Below the pieces are notes generated by a model. The model was not told where the DNA came from. It was given only the letters and a program-made list of their open reading frames with translations, and did not search any database. Positions 47,553-58,221 of a DNA stretch of 64,000 nt are shown here, piece after piece (position 1 is the first letter of the stretch; every line of letters begins with the position of its first letter). The stretch is taken from contig CAVWBT010000011.1 in NCBI GenBank assembly GCA_963753285.1, positions 69,354-133,353 on the forward strand, written 5' to 3'. Position numbers and translations under genes: made by a program. This DNA comes from an uncultured bacterium (GTDB lineage: Bacteria; Actinomycetota; Acidimicrobiia; Spongiisociales; ZC4RG35).

Positions 47553-48434
47553 GTGACGACCAGGACGATCACGGTCGATGTTCCACTCGACCTTCGCGCG
47601 ACGCTGCGGTCGCTCACCGGGGTGTGGGGGAGGCAGGCCGCCGACGGCTGGTATCGGCCGATGCGGACTCCGGATGGTCCAGCGACGCTGCATGTTCGAC
47701 GCGATGCAAGCGGCGTCCACGGCGAGGCCTGGGGCGATGGCGCGACCTGGGTGATCGATCGTCTCGACCGTTGGATCGGGCTCGGCGACCGGCCCGATGA
47801 CTTCCAGCCGGACCACGAGCTGCTCGCCAACCTCCACCGGCGCACGAGGGGGCGTCGATTCGGGGCCACCGGCCTGGTCTTCGAGGCGCTCCTCGTTGCG
47901 ATCTGCTCACAGAAGGTCACGGGGAAGGAGGCCGCCATGGCGATGCGGTCCATGGCTCGGGCAATGTCGGATCCGGCACCCGGGCCGCTTCCGCTCCGGC
48001 TTCCACCCGACCCCGAGCGGATCGCTGCCGCCCGGTATCACGACTTCCACCCGATGAGGATGGAGCGCAAGCGCGCGGACACGCTGATCGGGGCCGCCCG
48101 TGATGCCGCCCGGATCGATCGACTCGCAGATGTCGAGCCGGCCGACGCTCGCCGCTTTCTGGAGAGACTACGCGGTGTCGGGGAGTGGTCCAGCGCCGAG
48201 ACCGTCGCGATCAGCCACGGCGACGCGGATGCCGTGTCGGTCGGCGACTACCACCTCAAGCACTACGTGAGCTGGCACCTCGCCGGCGAGCCGCGCGGCA
48301 CCGATGAGCGGATGCTGGAGTTGCTGGAACCGTTTCGGCCACATCGAGGACGGGTGATCAAGTTGCTCGAGTCGGCGGGTCACTATCCCCGCTACGGACC
48401 GAGGATGACGATCAGGGACTACCGAGACCATTGA
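47553..48434 (+). CDS. DNA-3-methyladenine glycosylase II family (AlkA-like, HhH-GPD)
   Basis: HhH-GPD region (VGEWSSAETVAISHGDADAVSVGDYHL). GTG start. Confidence 0.75.
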   Translation: MTTRTITVDVPLDLRATLRSLTGVWGRQAADGWYRPMRTPDGPATLHVRRDASGVHGEAWGDGATWVIDRLDRWIGLGDRPDDFQPDHELLANLHRRTRGRRFGATGLVFEALLVAICSQKVTGKEAAMAMRSMARAMSDPAPGPLPLRLPPDPERIAAARYHDFHPMRMERKRADTLIGAARDAARIDRLADVEPADARRFLERLRGVGEWSSAETVAISHGDADAVSVGDYHLKHYVSWHLAGEPRGTDERMLELLEPFRPHRGRVIKLLESAGHYPRYGPRMTIRDYRDH

Positions 48435-49407
48435 GGAAAGCGGCGATGCGGTCTCCGACGACCCTCGGTGAATTCAGGTCGGAGTGGCTCCTGCCTTCGA
48501 GAGCTTCGAACGTCACGTCTCTCCCTGCCTCCTCGAGCGCCCCCGCCAACTCCTCGGAGAACGCGATCGGTGCCACCCGGTCGGCGTCGCCGTGCAGCAG
48601 CAGGGTCGGGACGTCGGGGGAATCGGGGATCCAACTGAACGGGTTGCCGCTCGCCCACAGCTCTGGGTCGTCGGCGATGGGAACACCGAACATCGGCGTG
48701 AGCAGCCCTCCGAGTTGGCTGATGTCGTAGGGGCCGGCGAGTCCGACGAAGGCGTCCGGGGAACGCGTGGGGCCCTCGGGACAGTCCTGTCCGAACACAC
48801 CGGGTGCGTACGTCACGAGGGATGCCAGATGGGCGCCCGCGGAGTGGCCGACGATGGTCACGTTCTCGGGTGTCGTCGTGAATTCGGAGGCGGCGTTCAC
48901 CGCGAACTGCACGGCGCAGGCGACGTCGTCGACCATGCCGGGGAAGGTCCCACCGAGTGTGAGCGTGCGGTACGTGGCGTTGAACACGACTGCCTTTCTC
49001 GACGCAAGCCCGTCTGCGAGGCTTCCCATCGACTGCCGATCCCCGATGAACCATCCGCCACCGTGGATGGTGACCACCACCGGCCACGGTCCCACCTCGT
49101 CGGGAGCGTGGATGTCCAGTTCGAGACCGTTGCCGTAGGTCTCCGTCCGTACGTAGTTGCTGTACAGCAGCGTCGGGTCCGGCTCGCCGACGGTGGAGGC
49201 GGATTGGCCGGCTGTCGTGGTTGTCGTGTCCTGGGGGCGTGTGGTCGGGGGCGCGCTCGTGGCCGGCTGGGCATCCGTCGTCGTGGTGGCGGGGGTCGCC
49301 ACCGTCGACGCCGGTGGTGTGGTCGATTCGACCTGGCCGGTTCCGGCTCCGCACGCGGTCAGGACGAGCGTGAACGCAGTCGCAATCAGGAGCAGGCGTC
49401 GGGACAT
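48412..49407 (-). CDS. alpha/beta hydrolase (esterase-type) lipoprotein with a Thr/Pro-rich linker
   Basis: Lipobox LVLTACGAG. HGGGW...GHSAGAH nucleophile elbow. Confidence 0.8.
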   Translation of the reverse strand: MSRRLLLIATAFTLVLTACGAGTGQVESTTPPASTVATPATTTTDAQPATSAPPTTRPQDTTTTTAGQSASTVGEPDPTLLYSNYVRTETYGNGLELDIHAPDEVGPWPVVVTIHGGGWFIGDRQSMGSLADGLASRKAVVFNATYRTLTLGGTFPGMVDDVACAVQFAVNAASEFTTTPENVTIVGHSAGAHLASLVTYAPGVFGQDCPEGPTRSPDAFVGLAGPYDISQLGGLLTPMFGVPIADDPELWASGNPFSWIPDSPDVPTLLLHGDADRVAPIAFSEELAGALEEAGRDVTFEALEGRSHSDLNSPRVVGDRIAAFLNGLGSP

Positions 49408-49442
49408 GATCGAGAGTGTATGGAGAGTGCCCGGCTAGCGGA

Positions 49443-50135
49443 TCAGCCCGAGAGCGAGGCCGCAGCCTCGTGATCACAGAGCACCGTGACCGAGCCGCTC
49501 GAGCGGTGCAGCAACTCGATCGGATATCGACCCTCCGGTCGCTCGATGACCTCGGCGAGGACATCGGCCTTGGCGCTGCCCGACACGATGACGGCGACCC
49601 GCTCGGCGATCTCGAGCAGATGCGGGGTCACCGTGAGGCGCCACGTGTCCAGTTGCGGGACGTGATTGGCGATGAACCAGCGGTCGCTGGTGTCTTCGGT
49701 TGCGGCCGTTCCGGGGAAGAGTGATGCGGTGTGGCCGTCGGTTCCCATGCCGAGCAGGACGAGCTTCGGCCGGCTTCCGATCATGCTCCGCAACGCCGCT
49801 TCGTAGTACACGGCCGAATCCACCGGCTCCAGGTGGCTCGAATGGCGGGGACGGAGAAACGTCGCCGGCTCGATGCCGTCGAGGAGCGTCCGCTCCGCCT
49901 GGTGGCCGTTCGATTCCTCCGAGTCGTGCGGCACCCATCGTTCGTCGGACAGCCAGAGGTCGATCGAACCCCAGTCTATGTCACGTGAGCGAAGCAGTGC
50001 ATAGGTCGCCTGTGGCGTCGAGCCGCCTGCGAGCCCGATGTCACATCGACCTTCCGATTCCTTCACCGTCCTCTCGATGAGATCGGCGGCGCCGATCGCC
50101 AACTCGGTGGGCCCGGCGAAGATCTCGACATCCAT
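49443..50135 (-). CDS. pgl: 6-phosphogluconolactonase
   Basis: Glucosamine-6-P isomerase/6PGL fold with GLAGGSTP and LLGMGTDGHTASLFPG motifs. Confidence 0.8.
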   Translation of the reverse strand: MDVEIFAGPTELAIGAADLIERTVKESEGRCDIGLAGGSTPQATYALLRSRDIDWGSIDLWLSDERWVPHDSEESNGHQAERTLLDGIEPATFLRPRHSSHLEPVDSAVYYEAALRSMIGSRPKLVLLGMGTDGHTASLFPGTAATEDTSDRWFIANHVPQLDTWRLTVTPHLLEIAERVAVIVSGSAKADVLAEVIERPEGRYPIELLHRSSGSVTVLCDHEAAASLSG

Positions 50136-50167
50136 GGTGCGATCGTACCGCCGGTACCGTTGCGGCC

Positions 50168-50830
50168 GTGCGAATCCTCACTGCCAATCTCTACACCGGT
50201 CGGGCGATCGTGTCCTCCTTCTCGAGGGTGATCGACCGGGAACAGCCCGACGTCGTGATCTGCCAAGAGGTCGGCACCGATGTTGCCGGGATGCTCGAGC
50301 GGCGGTTCGAGCACGGGGTCGTGATCGGCGATGACCACCACAACACCGGGCGGGCGATGGTCTCGCAGCATCCCATCGACGTCGACGAGGTGGTGATGGC
50401 TCATCGCCCCGGTCTGGCAACCCGGCTCGACATCGAGGGGGCGGGTGTCGAGTTGATCGGTGTCCACCTTGCCAACCCGGTCATGGGTGTCAGGGCCGTG
50501 CTCGATCGCAAGCGACAGGTGCAAGCCGTACTCGACCGCCTCGATCGGCGTGGGACCCCGGCCGTCGTCGTCGGCGACATGAATGCGACTCCTGCATGGC
50601 CCGCGTATCGACGGCTCCGGACTCGGCTCCGTGACGGAGTGTCCGATGCGCGGCGCGCCGACGGCAGCTCGACCGAACGTACCTGGTCGGTCCGGCCGGG
50701 TTGGCCCGCGCTGCTCCGAATCGACCACATCCTGACCGCCGGGGTGCGTCTCGCAGACGTGACCGTCCATCAGGTCGACGGCTCCGATCATCGTGCCGTG
50801 GTCGCGACGATCCGTCGGATCACGCCGTGA
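50168..50830 (+). CDS. endonuclease/exonuclease/phosphatase (EEP) family protein
   Basis: DVVICQEVG ... GDMNATP ... DHIL ... SDHRAV. Confidence 0.75.
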   Translation: MRILTANLYTGRAIVSSFSRVIDREQPDVVICQEVGTDVAGMLERRFEHGVVIGDDHHNTGRAMVSQHPIDVDEVVMAHRPGLATRLDIEGAGVELIGVHLANPVMGVRAVLDRKRQVQAVLDRLDRRGTPAVVVGDMNATPAWPAYRRLRTRLRDGVSDARRADGSSTERTWSVRPGWPALLRIDHILTAGVRLADVTVHQVDGSDHRAVVATIRRITP

Positions 50831-51465
50831 CGGTCGAGTTCCGGATCGCATGGGGCGACGACCAGGCGGTGACGGCGGTCGAGTATCGGAGCGGTGCGCC
50901 GATGATGGTGCTGGCTCACGGCGCCGGCACGGATCAGCGTCATGCGATGGTCGGCGGCGTCGCCGAGGCGCTGGCCGCCGCGGGCCACGGCGTGATGACG
51001 TTCAACTATCCCTACACCGAGGCCGGGCGCCGTGCCCCCGATCGAGTTCCCAAACTGCTGACATGTCATCGGGCGGTGACCGCCGAAGCACACCGCAGAT
51101 ATGGTGCCGCGCCGGTCCTGGCAGGTCGATCCATGGGGGGGCGCATGGCGACGATGCTCGCCGCCGACGGTGCCGATGTCGTCGGCGTCGTCTGTCTGGC
51201 GTATCCGCTCCATCCGGCCGGCAAGCCGGACAGGCTGCGGATCGAGCATCTGCCGAGGATCACGGTGCCGATGCTGTTCTTCCAGGGCTCACGTGACTCG
51301 TTGAGCCGGTCCGATCTGTTCGACGAACACGTCAGGCCGCTGTCGAATGTCACCGTCGTCGACATGGAAGGCGCCGACCACTCGTTCCGGGGTCGTGGCT
51401 GGACGCCCGACCGGGTCTACTCGACCGTTGTCGAGGGGTACGAGGCGTGGTTGGCGAGTCTGTGA
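50827..51465 (+). CDS. alpha/beta hydrolase (dienelactone hydrolase-like)
   Basis: MVLAHGAG ... GRSMGGRMA nucleophile elbow. The GTG start overlaps the upstream stop (GTGA). Confidence 0.7.
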   Translation: MTVEFRIAWGDDQAVTAVEYRSGAPMMVLAHGAGTDQRHAMVGGVAEALAAAGHGVMTFNYPYTEAGRRAPDRVPKLLTCHRAVTAEAHRRYGAAPVLAGRSMGGRMATMLAADGADVVGVVCLAYPLHPAGKPDRLRIEHLPRITVPMLFFQGSRDSLSRSDLFDEHVRPLSNVTVVDMEGADHSFRGRGWTPDRVYSTVVEGYEAWLASL

Positions 51466-51502
51466 TGGGAGATTCATCCAACGCCGCGGGAGTCTGCTGA
51501 CC

Positions 51503-51919
51503 ATGCCCGGGTTCGCGGCCTCGGTGGCCATCCCGGGGCCGGCCACCGACGTGTTCGAGGTCGTCTCCGATCTCGCCACCCATCCGAAGTGGGCCGCCGA
51601 CGATCTGAGGCTCGAGCGAACCGGCGAGAGGACCTGGCGGTCGATCTCACGCGCAAAAGGCCGAACCTTCCACGCGGACATCATCGTGACGCTGATCGAC
51701 CCCGATCGAGCATTCGAGTTCGTGTCGTCCGACGAGACCGGGACGTACGGTCACCGCTTCACCGTGCGAGATCTCCCGGACGGTTGCGAGTTGACCAGAT
51801 CGGTCACCGCCAGGCGACTCGGGCCCGGTCAGCGGGCTCTCTTCTGGCTCACGCTCGTCCCAGTGCGGCGGCCGGCGCTCCGATCCTCGCTCGCACGTCT
51901 CGCCTCGCTCTTCGTCTGA
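51503..51919 (+). CDS. SRPBCC-family (polyketide cyclase/START-like) protein
   Basis: 138-aa translation with the HPKWAADDL motif. Confidence 0.6.
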   Translation: MPGFAASVAIPGPATDVFEVVSDLATHPKWAADDLRLERTGERTWRSISRAKGRTFHADIIVTLIDPDRAFEFVSSDETGTYGHRFTVRDLPDGCELTRSVTARRLGPGQRALFWLTLVPVRRPALRSSLARLASLFV

Positions 51920-51933
51920 GTCTGCTCCGGGTT

Positions 51934-51962
51934 TTGCATGATCAGCGTGCGACGGTCATAAT
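51934..51962 (+). promoter_or_regulatory. sigma70-like promoter (TTGCAT, 17 nt spacer, CATAAT) for rplY-pth
   Basis: Read directly. It lies 45 nt upstream of the rplY ATG, which has a GAGGAG RBS. Confidence 0.5.
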
Positions 51963-52007
51963 TCTGCGCTCAGGTCTTCCCCTGTCACCCTTCGAGGAGT
52001 TACCGCA

Positions 52008-52676
52008 ATGTCCGACCAGATCACTCTCCGCGCCCAGAAGGGCCGCGAGACCGGCAGCGCCGCATCGCGCCGGATCCGCAACGAGGGGAACGTCCCCGCC
52101 ATCGTCTACGGCGCCGACCTCGACGAGCCGGTCCTCGTCACCGTCAACCGACGCGAGCTTCGCGCCGCCCTCACCACCGAGGCGGGCCTCAACGCCCTGA
52201 TCAACCTCGACATCGAGGGAAACGAGCAACTCGCGCTCGCCCGTCAGATCGACAAGCACCCGTACCGGACCGAGATTCGCCACGTCGACTTCGTGACCGT
52301 GTCGCTCACCGACACGATCGTCACCGACGTGGTGCTCGACTTCGTCGGCCACCCCGTGGCCGCCGAGGAGGGCGGAGTGCTCTCCACCCCGATCTCGTCG
52401 GTGTCGATCGAGGTGCTCGCCACGAAGATCCCGTCGGCGATCGAAGTCGATGTCAGTGAGATGACGATGACAGACTCGATCCGGATCTCCGACCTGCCCG
52501 AGATGGAGGGCGTCACCTACCTCGACGACCCCGAGCAGACCGTCGCCACCATCGTCATCCCGCGGGCGATGATCGAGGAAGAGGAAGAGGTCGTCGAGGG
52601 CGAAGAGCTCGAAGAGCCTGCCATCGTCGGCGAAGAGCCCGCCGACGAGGCGGACTCAGGGGAGTCCGCCGAATAG
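52008..52676 (+). CDS. rplY: 50S ribosomal protein L25/general stress protein Ctc
   Basis: Typical L25/Ctc N-terminus and an acidic C-terminal tail. Confidence 0.9.
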   Translation: MSDQITLRAQKGRETGSAASRRIRNEGNVPAIVYGADLDEPVLVTVNRRELRAALTTEAGLNALINLDIEGNEQLALARQIDKHPYRTEIRHVDFVTVSLTDTIVTDVVLDFVGHPVAAEEGGVLSTPISSVSIEVLATKIPSAIEVDVSEMTMTDSIRISDLPEMEGVTYLDDPEQTVATIVIPRAMIEEEEEVVEGEELEEPAIVGEEPADEADSGESAE

Positions 52677-52678
52677 CG

Positions 52679-53263
52679 GCCGTCAAGGCAGCGATCGGGC
52701 TCCGCAACCCGGGCCTGAAATACGTCGGCACCCGCCACAACGTCGGGTTCGAGGTCATCGAGGTCCTCTGTGCCCGTCACGATGCGATGCTCAAGCCAGG
52801 GCCTGCGCGCGTCCGGGCAGACGTCGCCGACGTGCGAATCGGCGCCAACCGATTGGTGCTCGCCGCTCCCCAGTCGTTCATGAACGAGAGCGGTCGCCCG
52901 GTCGCTTCGGTCGCCTCGTACTTCAAGGTCGAGCTCGAGGATCTGCTCGTCGTCTACGACGACATCGATCTCCCGTTCGGCCGGCTCAAGCTGGCCTTCG
53001 AAGGCGGGCACGGCGGTCACAACGGTCTTCGCTCGGTCGAGGCCGCGCTCGGAACCAAGGAGTATCCACGGCTCAAGGTTGGGGTCGGGCGCCCGCCCGG
53101 CCGTATGGACCCTGCGGCGTACGTGTTGAAGCCCTTTGCGAAGGCCGAACGCGAGGAGGTGGACTTCCTCCTCGAGGATGCCGCCGATGCGGTCGAGCAA
53201 TTCCTCGTCGACCCGATCGCCGCCCAGCAGAGCGCAAACTCGCGTCGTCCGCCGACCGACTGA
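52679..53263 (+). CDS. pth: peptidyl-tRNA hydrolase (5' boundary unresolved: no canonical in-frame start precedes the conserved N-terminus)
   Basis: The conserved IGLRNPGLKYVGTRHNVGF motif is encoded at 52694-52750 in the same frame as ORF 52787..53263. There is no in-frame ATG/GTG/TTG between the rplY stop and 52787. Confidence 0.75.
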   Translation, partial: AVKAAIGLRNPGLKYVGTRHNVGFEVIEVLCARHDAMLKPGPARVRADVADVRIGANRLVLAAPQSFMNESGRPVASVASYFKVELEDLLVVYDDIDLPFGRLKLAFEGGHGGHNGLRSVEAALGTKEYPRLKVGVGRPPGRMDPAAYVLKPFAKAEREEVDFLLEDAADAVEQFLVDPIAAQQSANSRRPPTD

Positions 53264-53278
53264 TGTAGATTTCCGCAC

Positions 53279-53674
53279 ATGGCGACACTCGATGCATTCG
53301 GCATGGTTTGTGAGGACATGGCCGAGTCGGTTCGTTTCTACCGGCTGCTCGGCTTGAGCGTTCCCGAAGGGGCCGAGGCCGAACAACACGTCGACATCGA
53401 ACTCGGCGGGGGAGTCCGCCTGATGCTCGACACGGTTGAGCTCGTGAAGTCGTTCTCCGATTGGGAGCCGGCATCCGGTGGGCATCGCATGGGCCTGGCG
53501 TTCCGCTGTGACGATGCCGCCGATGTCGACCGTGTCCATGCCGCGGTGACGGCTGCCGGCTACCGCTCGGTCACCGACCCGTTCGATGCGTTCTGGGGCC
53601 AGCGCTACGCAACCGTTTCGGATCCGGACGGAAATCCGGTCGACCTGTACGCGGAGTTGCCGGGTTCGTCCTGA
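53279..53674 (+). CDS. VOC-family (glyoxalase/bleomycin-resistance fold) protein
   Basis: 131-aa paired beta-alpha-beta-beta-beta translation. Confidence 0.7.
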   Translation: MATLDAFGMVCEDMAESVRFYRLLGLSVPEGAEAEQHVDIELGGGVRLMLDTVELVKSFSDWEPASGGHRMGLAFRCDDAADVDRVHAAVTAAGYRSVTDPFDAFWGQRYATVSDPDGNPVDLYAELPGSS

Positions 53675-53790
53675 GCGTTCGGTGATCGTCCCCAAGCGCG
53701 TCAAGCCTGACTCTCGAAGACCATCCAGTGGTGGTGCACGTCGCAATCAGCGCGCCTGGGCCGGGTCGACGGACGCACCCGGCCCGGGCC

Positions 53791-53816
53791 TAGGGGCGGC
53801 ATGAATGCCGCCCCTA
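53791..53816. terminator. perfect 11-bp-stem hairpin TAGGGGCGGCA-TGAA-TGCCGCCCCTA (GTAGGGGCG family) downstream of the VOC gene
   Basis: Read directly. It has the same end motifs as the 38191-38216 hairpin. Confidence 0.45.
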
Positions 53817-53874
53817 CCTCCGGCGACCTCAGCGTTCGCCGGGCTAATTTGGGGCACCCCGGTGAAGGAGAGGC

Positions 53875-55359
53875 GTGGCTCAACTCGTAGGTGCACTCGA
53901 TCAGGGCACGACCAGTACCCGATTCATGATCTTCGACCGATCGGGAAAGATGATCTCTTCGGCGCAACAGGAGCACACCCAGATCTTCCCGCGCTCGGGT
54001 TGGGTCGAGCACGACCCCGACGAGATCACCCAGCGTATGTGGAGCGTGATATCGGCCGCTCTCGGCTCAGCGGGGGTGTCGGGAGCGGACCTCTCGGCGA
54101 TCGGCATCACGAACCAGCGTGAGACGGCCGTCGTCTGGGATCGCAAGACCGGCCATCCGGTGCACAACGCCATCGTGTGGCAGGACACCCGGACCGATCA
54201 GCTCGTCAAGGAGCTCGGTGGCGACGAGGGTATGGACCGGTTCCGTCACCAGACCGGCCTCCCGCTCGCCACGTACTTCGCCGGTCCCAAGGTTCGTTGG
54301 CTGCTCGATTCCGACCCCGAGCTCGCTGCGAGGGCGGAACGGGGAGAGCTGGCATTCGGCACCATCGATTCGTGGGTCGTCTATCAGCTGACGCGTGGGG
54401 CAGAGCACGTCACCGATGTGACGAATGCGTCGAGAACCATGCTGATGGACCTCGAGACCCTGGCGTGGTCCGAGGAACTGTGCGACGCCATCGGCGTGCC
54501 CATGTCGATGCTGCCCCGAATCGTCCCGTCGGTGGGAGTGATCGCAGATGCCACCGGGCCGTTGGCCGGTGTCCCCATCGCCGGCATTCTCGGTGACCAG
54601 CAGGCTGCCATGTTCGGTCAGACGTGTTTCGACGTCGGAGACGCCAAGAACACCTACGGAACCGGATGCTTCATGCTGTTGAACACCGGCACCGAACTGG
54701 TCCGTTCCGACAACGGTCTGCTCACGACGGTCAATTACCAGATCGAGGGCCAACCGCCGGTGTACGCACTCGAGGGCTCGATCGCAATCGCGGGCGCCCT
54801 CGTGCAATGGCTGCGTGACAACATGGCGATGTTCGAGAACTCCGAGGACATCGAAGAGCTCGCGTCTGAGGTCGAGGACAACGGCGACGTCTACTTCGTG
54901 CCGGCGTTCTCCGGCCTGTTCGCCCCATACTGGAGATCTGATGCCAGAGGCGTGATCGTCGGCCTGACCCGGTTCAACAACCGGCATCACATCGCCCGGG
55001 CGGCGCTCGAATCTACCGCATTCCAGACCCGCGAGGTGCTCGACGCGATGCGGGCGGACTCGGGCGTCGAACTCAACGAGCTGAGAGTCGACGGCGGGAT
55101 GGTTGCGAACAACCTGCTCATGCAGTTCCAGGCCGACATCCTCGACAAGCCCGTGATCCGGCCGAAGGTCTCCGAGACGACGGCGCTCGGCGCCGCCTAT
55201 GCCGCCGGGCTCGCCACCGGGGTGTGGGAGGATCTCGATGCGCTGCGCACGAACTGGGCGGAGGACCGCCGGTGGCTCCCACAGATGGGTGACGGCCGGC
55301 GCGCCGAGTTGCTCGCACGCTGGAAGCAGGCCGTCGAGCGGACCTTCGACTGGGTGTGA
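53875..55359 (+). CDS. glpK: glycerol kinase
   Basis: Full-length FGGY kinase (GAIDQGTTSSR-like start region, GTGCFML). GTG start with a GAAGGAGAG RBS. Confidence 0.9.
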   Translation: MAQLVGALDQGTTSTRFMIFDRSGKMISSAQQEHTQIFPRSGWVEHDPDEITQRMWSVISAALGSAGVSGADLSAIGITNQRETAVVWDRKTGHPVHNAIVWQDTRTDQLVKELGGDEGMDRFRHQTGLPLATYFAGPKVRWLLDSDPELAARAERGELAFGTIDSWVVYQLTRGAEHVTDVTNASRTMLMDLETLAWSEELCDAIGVPMSMLPRIVPSVGVIADATGPLAGVPIAGILGDQQAAMFGQTCFDVGDAKNTYGTGCFMLLNTGTELVRSDNGLLTTVNYQIEGQPPVYALEGSIAIAGALVQWLRDNMAMFENSEDIEELASEVEDNGDVYFVPAFSGLFAPYWRSDARGVIVGLTRFNNRHHIARAALESTAFQTREVLDAMRADSGVELNELRVDGGMVANNLLMQFQADILDKPVIRPKVSETTALGAAYAAGLATGVWEDLDALRTNWAEDRRWLPQMGDGRRAELLARWKQAVERTFDWV

Positions 55360-56210
55360 GCCGACGCGCCGTCGTCTGCGGCGGTATCGCCTGGAACCGG
55401 ATGATCCATCTCGACCGGTTCCCCGATCCGCTCCCGGCAACCATCTTCGCCAGCCGGACCATCGATGCGGTCGGCTCCTCCGGGGCCGGGAAGGCGATGA
55501 ACTTCGCATCGCTCGGTTGGGACGTGACCTTCTGGACGCCGGTCGGTGACGACGAGGCCGGTGATAGAGCCGTCGCCGAGGTCGAGGCATGCGGTGTCGA
55601 AGTGGTGCGCTTCACCGACCCTGCCGGCACCGCCGAGCACGTCAATCTCATGGACGCGAGAGGTGAGCGGATCTCGATCTTCGCCCGCTCCGGGTCGCAT
55701 GATCTCGCCATCCCGGTCGCTGAGGTGTCCAGCCTGTTTGATGGGGCAGACGTCATCTCGATCACCCAGTACGACTACTGCCGTCCGCTGCTCGATCCGG
55801 CGAGAGGGACCGGCATTCCGGTGCTCATCGACATCCACGACTACGACGGCGCCAACCCGTACCACAGGGAGTTCTACGAGGCCGCCGACTGGCTGTTCCT
55901 GAGCAGCGTCGCCCTACCGACATGGAAGGACTTCGCACTGGATCGGCACCGGGCAGGTTCCGGCATCGTCGTCACCACTCACGGAGCCGATGGTGCCACC
56001 GCGTTGATCGACGGGCAGTTCCACTCCAGCCCGGCGCCGCACGTCGACGGAGTGATCGATACGAACGGCGCCGGTGACGCATTCGCTTGTGGATTCGTCG
56101 ATGGCTGGTTGGGCTCGGGCGATCCGGGGCGGGCGCTCGATGCGGCTGCAGCGCAGGCCGGCAAGGCGATCGCATCACCGGGCCTCGCCCCATCTGATCG
56201 ACCCACCTGA
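55356..56210 (+). CDS. PfkB-family carbohydrate kinase (ribokinase-like)
   Basis: [13 protein letters not shown]-terminal motif. The GTG start overlaps the glpK stop. Confidence 0.75.
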   Translation: MSRRAVVCGGIAWNRMIHLDRFPDPLPATIFASRTIDAVGSSGAGKAMNFASLGWDVTFWTPVGDDEAGDRAVAEVEACGVEVVRFTDPAGTAEHVNLMDARGERISIFARSGSHDLAIPVAEVSSLFDGADVISITQYDYCRPLLDPARGTGIPVLIDIHDYDGANPYHREFYEAADWLFLSSVALPTWKDFALDRHRAGSGIVVTTHGADGATALIDGQFHSSPAPHVDGVIDTNGAGDAFACGFVDGWLGSGDPGRALDAAAAQAGKAIASPGLAPSDRPT

Positions 56211-56399
56211 CGCGGCGGCCGGGCCCGCACGGGGTTCGATGAGAGCGCGGCTACGATTTCGGCTGTCACCGGGGTCTCCGCGTGACTCGGGGGAGCCTTC
56301 GCACATCGATGCAGAATCGCTCATCCTCGACCGCATTCGGCCGACAGCTCATCGAGCCGATCCGGCTGACCGAACACCTCACGAGAACACGCGAGACCC

Positions 56400-57071
56400 A
56401 TGTCCATCCAACTCACCGTCGCGACTCGACGCGACGCATCGCTCGAACGCCTCAGGCGCCGACGTCATGACTTCGCCCGATACCTGCTCGGCGTCACCGT
56501 GTGCTCGCTCGGTGTTGCACTGGCGATCGACTCCGGCCTCGGGGCGGCGCCGTACGACACGGTGCTGACCGGGCTCTCGTCCATGACGGCGATTCCGTTC
56601 TGGATGAGCGCATGGCTGTTCACCGGCGTGTGGATCGTCGTCGTGAAGGTGCTGGGTGGAGCGATCTCGGCAAAGCAGATCCTGCACGGCGCCCTGTTCG
56701 GCCCGATCATCGAGTTCTGTCTGTGGGCCCTTCCCTCGCCCGGATCGTTGGTGATCGCAATCCTGTACGGGCTGACGGGTGTCATGGGAATCGCGCTCGG
56801 AATCCACATGTTCCTGTCGGCGCAACTGCTGTCCGGGGTTCTCGACACGCTCTTCGAGACCGTTTCCGGACGGTTCGCGCTCGGGCCGCGCAGGGTGCGT
56901 CTGGCGTTCGACCTGACCAGTCTCGCTGCGGGTGTGGCGTTGGGCGGCGCCATCGGTCCGTTGACGGTCGTCGTCGCAGTGTCGGTGGCTCCGCTTCTCG
57001 GGGTCTTGAACACGTTCGACGGTCGTCGCGTGACGGTGAGATCGTGGCGGGGAATCCGACTGACGGATTGA
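56400..57071 (+). CDS. YczE/YitT-like membrane protein
   Basis: Six TM helices with the GLGAAPYDTV motif. Confidence 0.45.
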   Translation: MSIQLTVATRRDASLERLRRRRHDFARYLLGVTVCSLGVALAIDSGLGAAPYDTVLTGLSSMTAIPFWMSAWLFTGVWIVVVKVLGGAISAKQILHGALFGPIIEFCLWALPSPGSLVIAILYGLTGVMGIALGIHMFLSAQLLSGVLDTLFETVSGRFALGPRRVRLAFDLTSLAAGVALGGAIGPLTVVVAVSVAPLLGVLNTFDGRRVTVRSWRGIRLTD

Positions 57072-57089
57072 TTCGCAGGCGGGGGCCCT

Positions 57090-57650
57090 CTAGCCCTCCC
57101 AGATCGGGCCGACTCGCCCGATCGCGTCGATGATCTGATCGGCCGGGACCCCGAGTCGAGTTTCGGGCACTCCTTCGTCGGCCCAGGCGACGATCAGATC
57201 CATGCGTCCAGGCGCAGGCACGGCGTGCACCCAGAGGCGCTGTCGGATCTGAAATGGGGAACCGCCTCCGCCGCGGGACCGGATCGCGAAGGCACCGCGG
57301 TGCACCATGTCGCGCGTCAGATACCCGCGCCGGCCGTCGGAGAACTCGAGGCCGATCCGCAGCCTCCCTGGCCCCATGCTCCGGTCCGCATTCATTCCAC
57401 GCTCATCGACAGTGTGCCCTGGCCGGGCAATCGCCAACAGGTCGGCGTTGAATCCCTCCGGGAAGGCCCTGAACTGGTCCATCGTGATTGCCAGCCGATC
57501 GGTGCGAATCGGTTCGAGCTCGATCGACACCGGGACTCCCAGGAAGCCGGGGAAATCGCCGTTGACCGGGTCCCAACGATCGACCATCTCGGCGTCGCGC
57601 GAGGACGTGGGCTCGGGCTCGGGTGGGAAGAACGACATGCCGTCATTCAA
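57090..57650 (-). CDS. hypothetical protein
   Basis: 186-aa ORF with normal third-position GC bias. No family recognised. Confidence 0.45.
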   Translation of the reverse strand: MNDGMSFFPPEPEPTSSRDAEMVDRWDPVNGDFPGFLGVPVSIELEPIRTDRLAITMDQFRAFPEGFNADLLAIARPGHTVDERGMNADRSMGPGRLRIGLEFSDGRRGYLTRDMVHRGAFAIRSRGGGGSPFQIRQRLWVHAVPAPGRMDLIVAWADEGVPETRLGVPADQIIDAIGRVGPIWEG

Positions 57651-57670
57651 CCAGCCGCCGGTTGTCGCCG

Positions 57671-58018
57671 TCAGTGCGGGAAGATGACCTCGCCGAGCAT
57701 GAAGAAGACCGCAAAGGAGCTCACCACGAGCGCAACGACCACGGAGACGGCCCGGTCCCTCCGAACAAGGGCTCTGATCGAGCTACCGAACGCAACGAAC
57801 GCGGACACCGCCGCGACGGCTCCCGGGCCCGCCAGCCACCAGTTGTCCGAGAACGTCTCGCCACCCTCCTGTCCCAGAGCCGCCGCAGTCAGCAACCCTG
57901 CCAAGCCGAGGGCGAATGTGGAGACCGCGCCGACCGACCACCGGCCGGCGCCGGAGGTGGGCCAGAAGCGTGTTCGGGTCGCGGTCGGCATCTGCTCGGT
58001 GTCCATCTCCTCCTCCAA
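57671..58018 (-). CDS. small membrane protein, hypothetical
   Basis: Three predicted TM helices. Immediately upstream of 57090..57650 on the same strand. Confidence 0.4.
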   Translation of the reverse strand: MEEEMDTEQMPTATRTRFWPTSGAGRWSVGAVSTFALGLAGLLTAAALGQEGGETFSDNWWLAGPGAVAAVSAFVAFGSSIRALVRRDRAVSVVVALVVSSFAVFFMLGEVIFPH

Positions 58019-58221
58019 GCGCCGTTCTTCGACGGCTCACACAACGTATGACGCGGTCGACGATCTCCCCAGATCGCAAAGCCTCACTCTCCTCGGCCGA
58101 ACGTGAGAACGTTTCGGGCGAAATCCGTCCATGGGCACGACGAGACCTGCGAGGGTTGTCGAAACGGTGCCTGGTCGTTCGTCGAGAGGTGAAACGATCC
58201 CACAGCGAGAAAGGAGACGGG

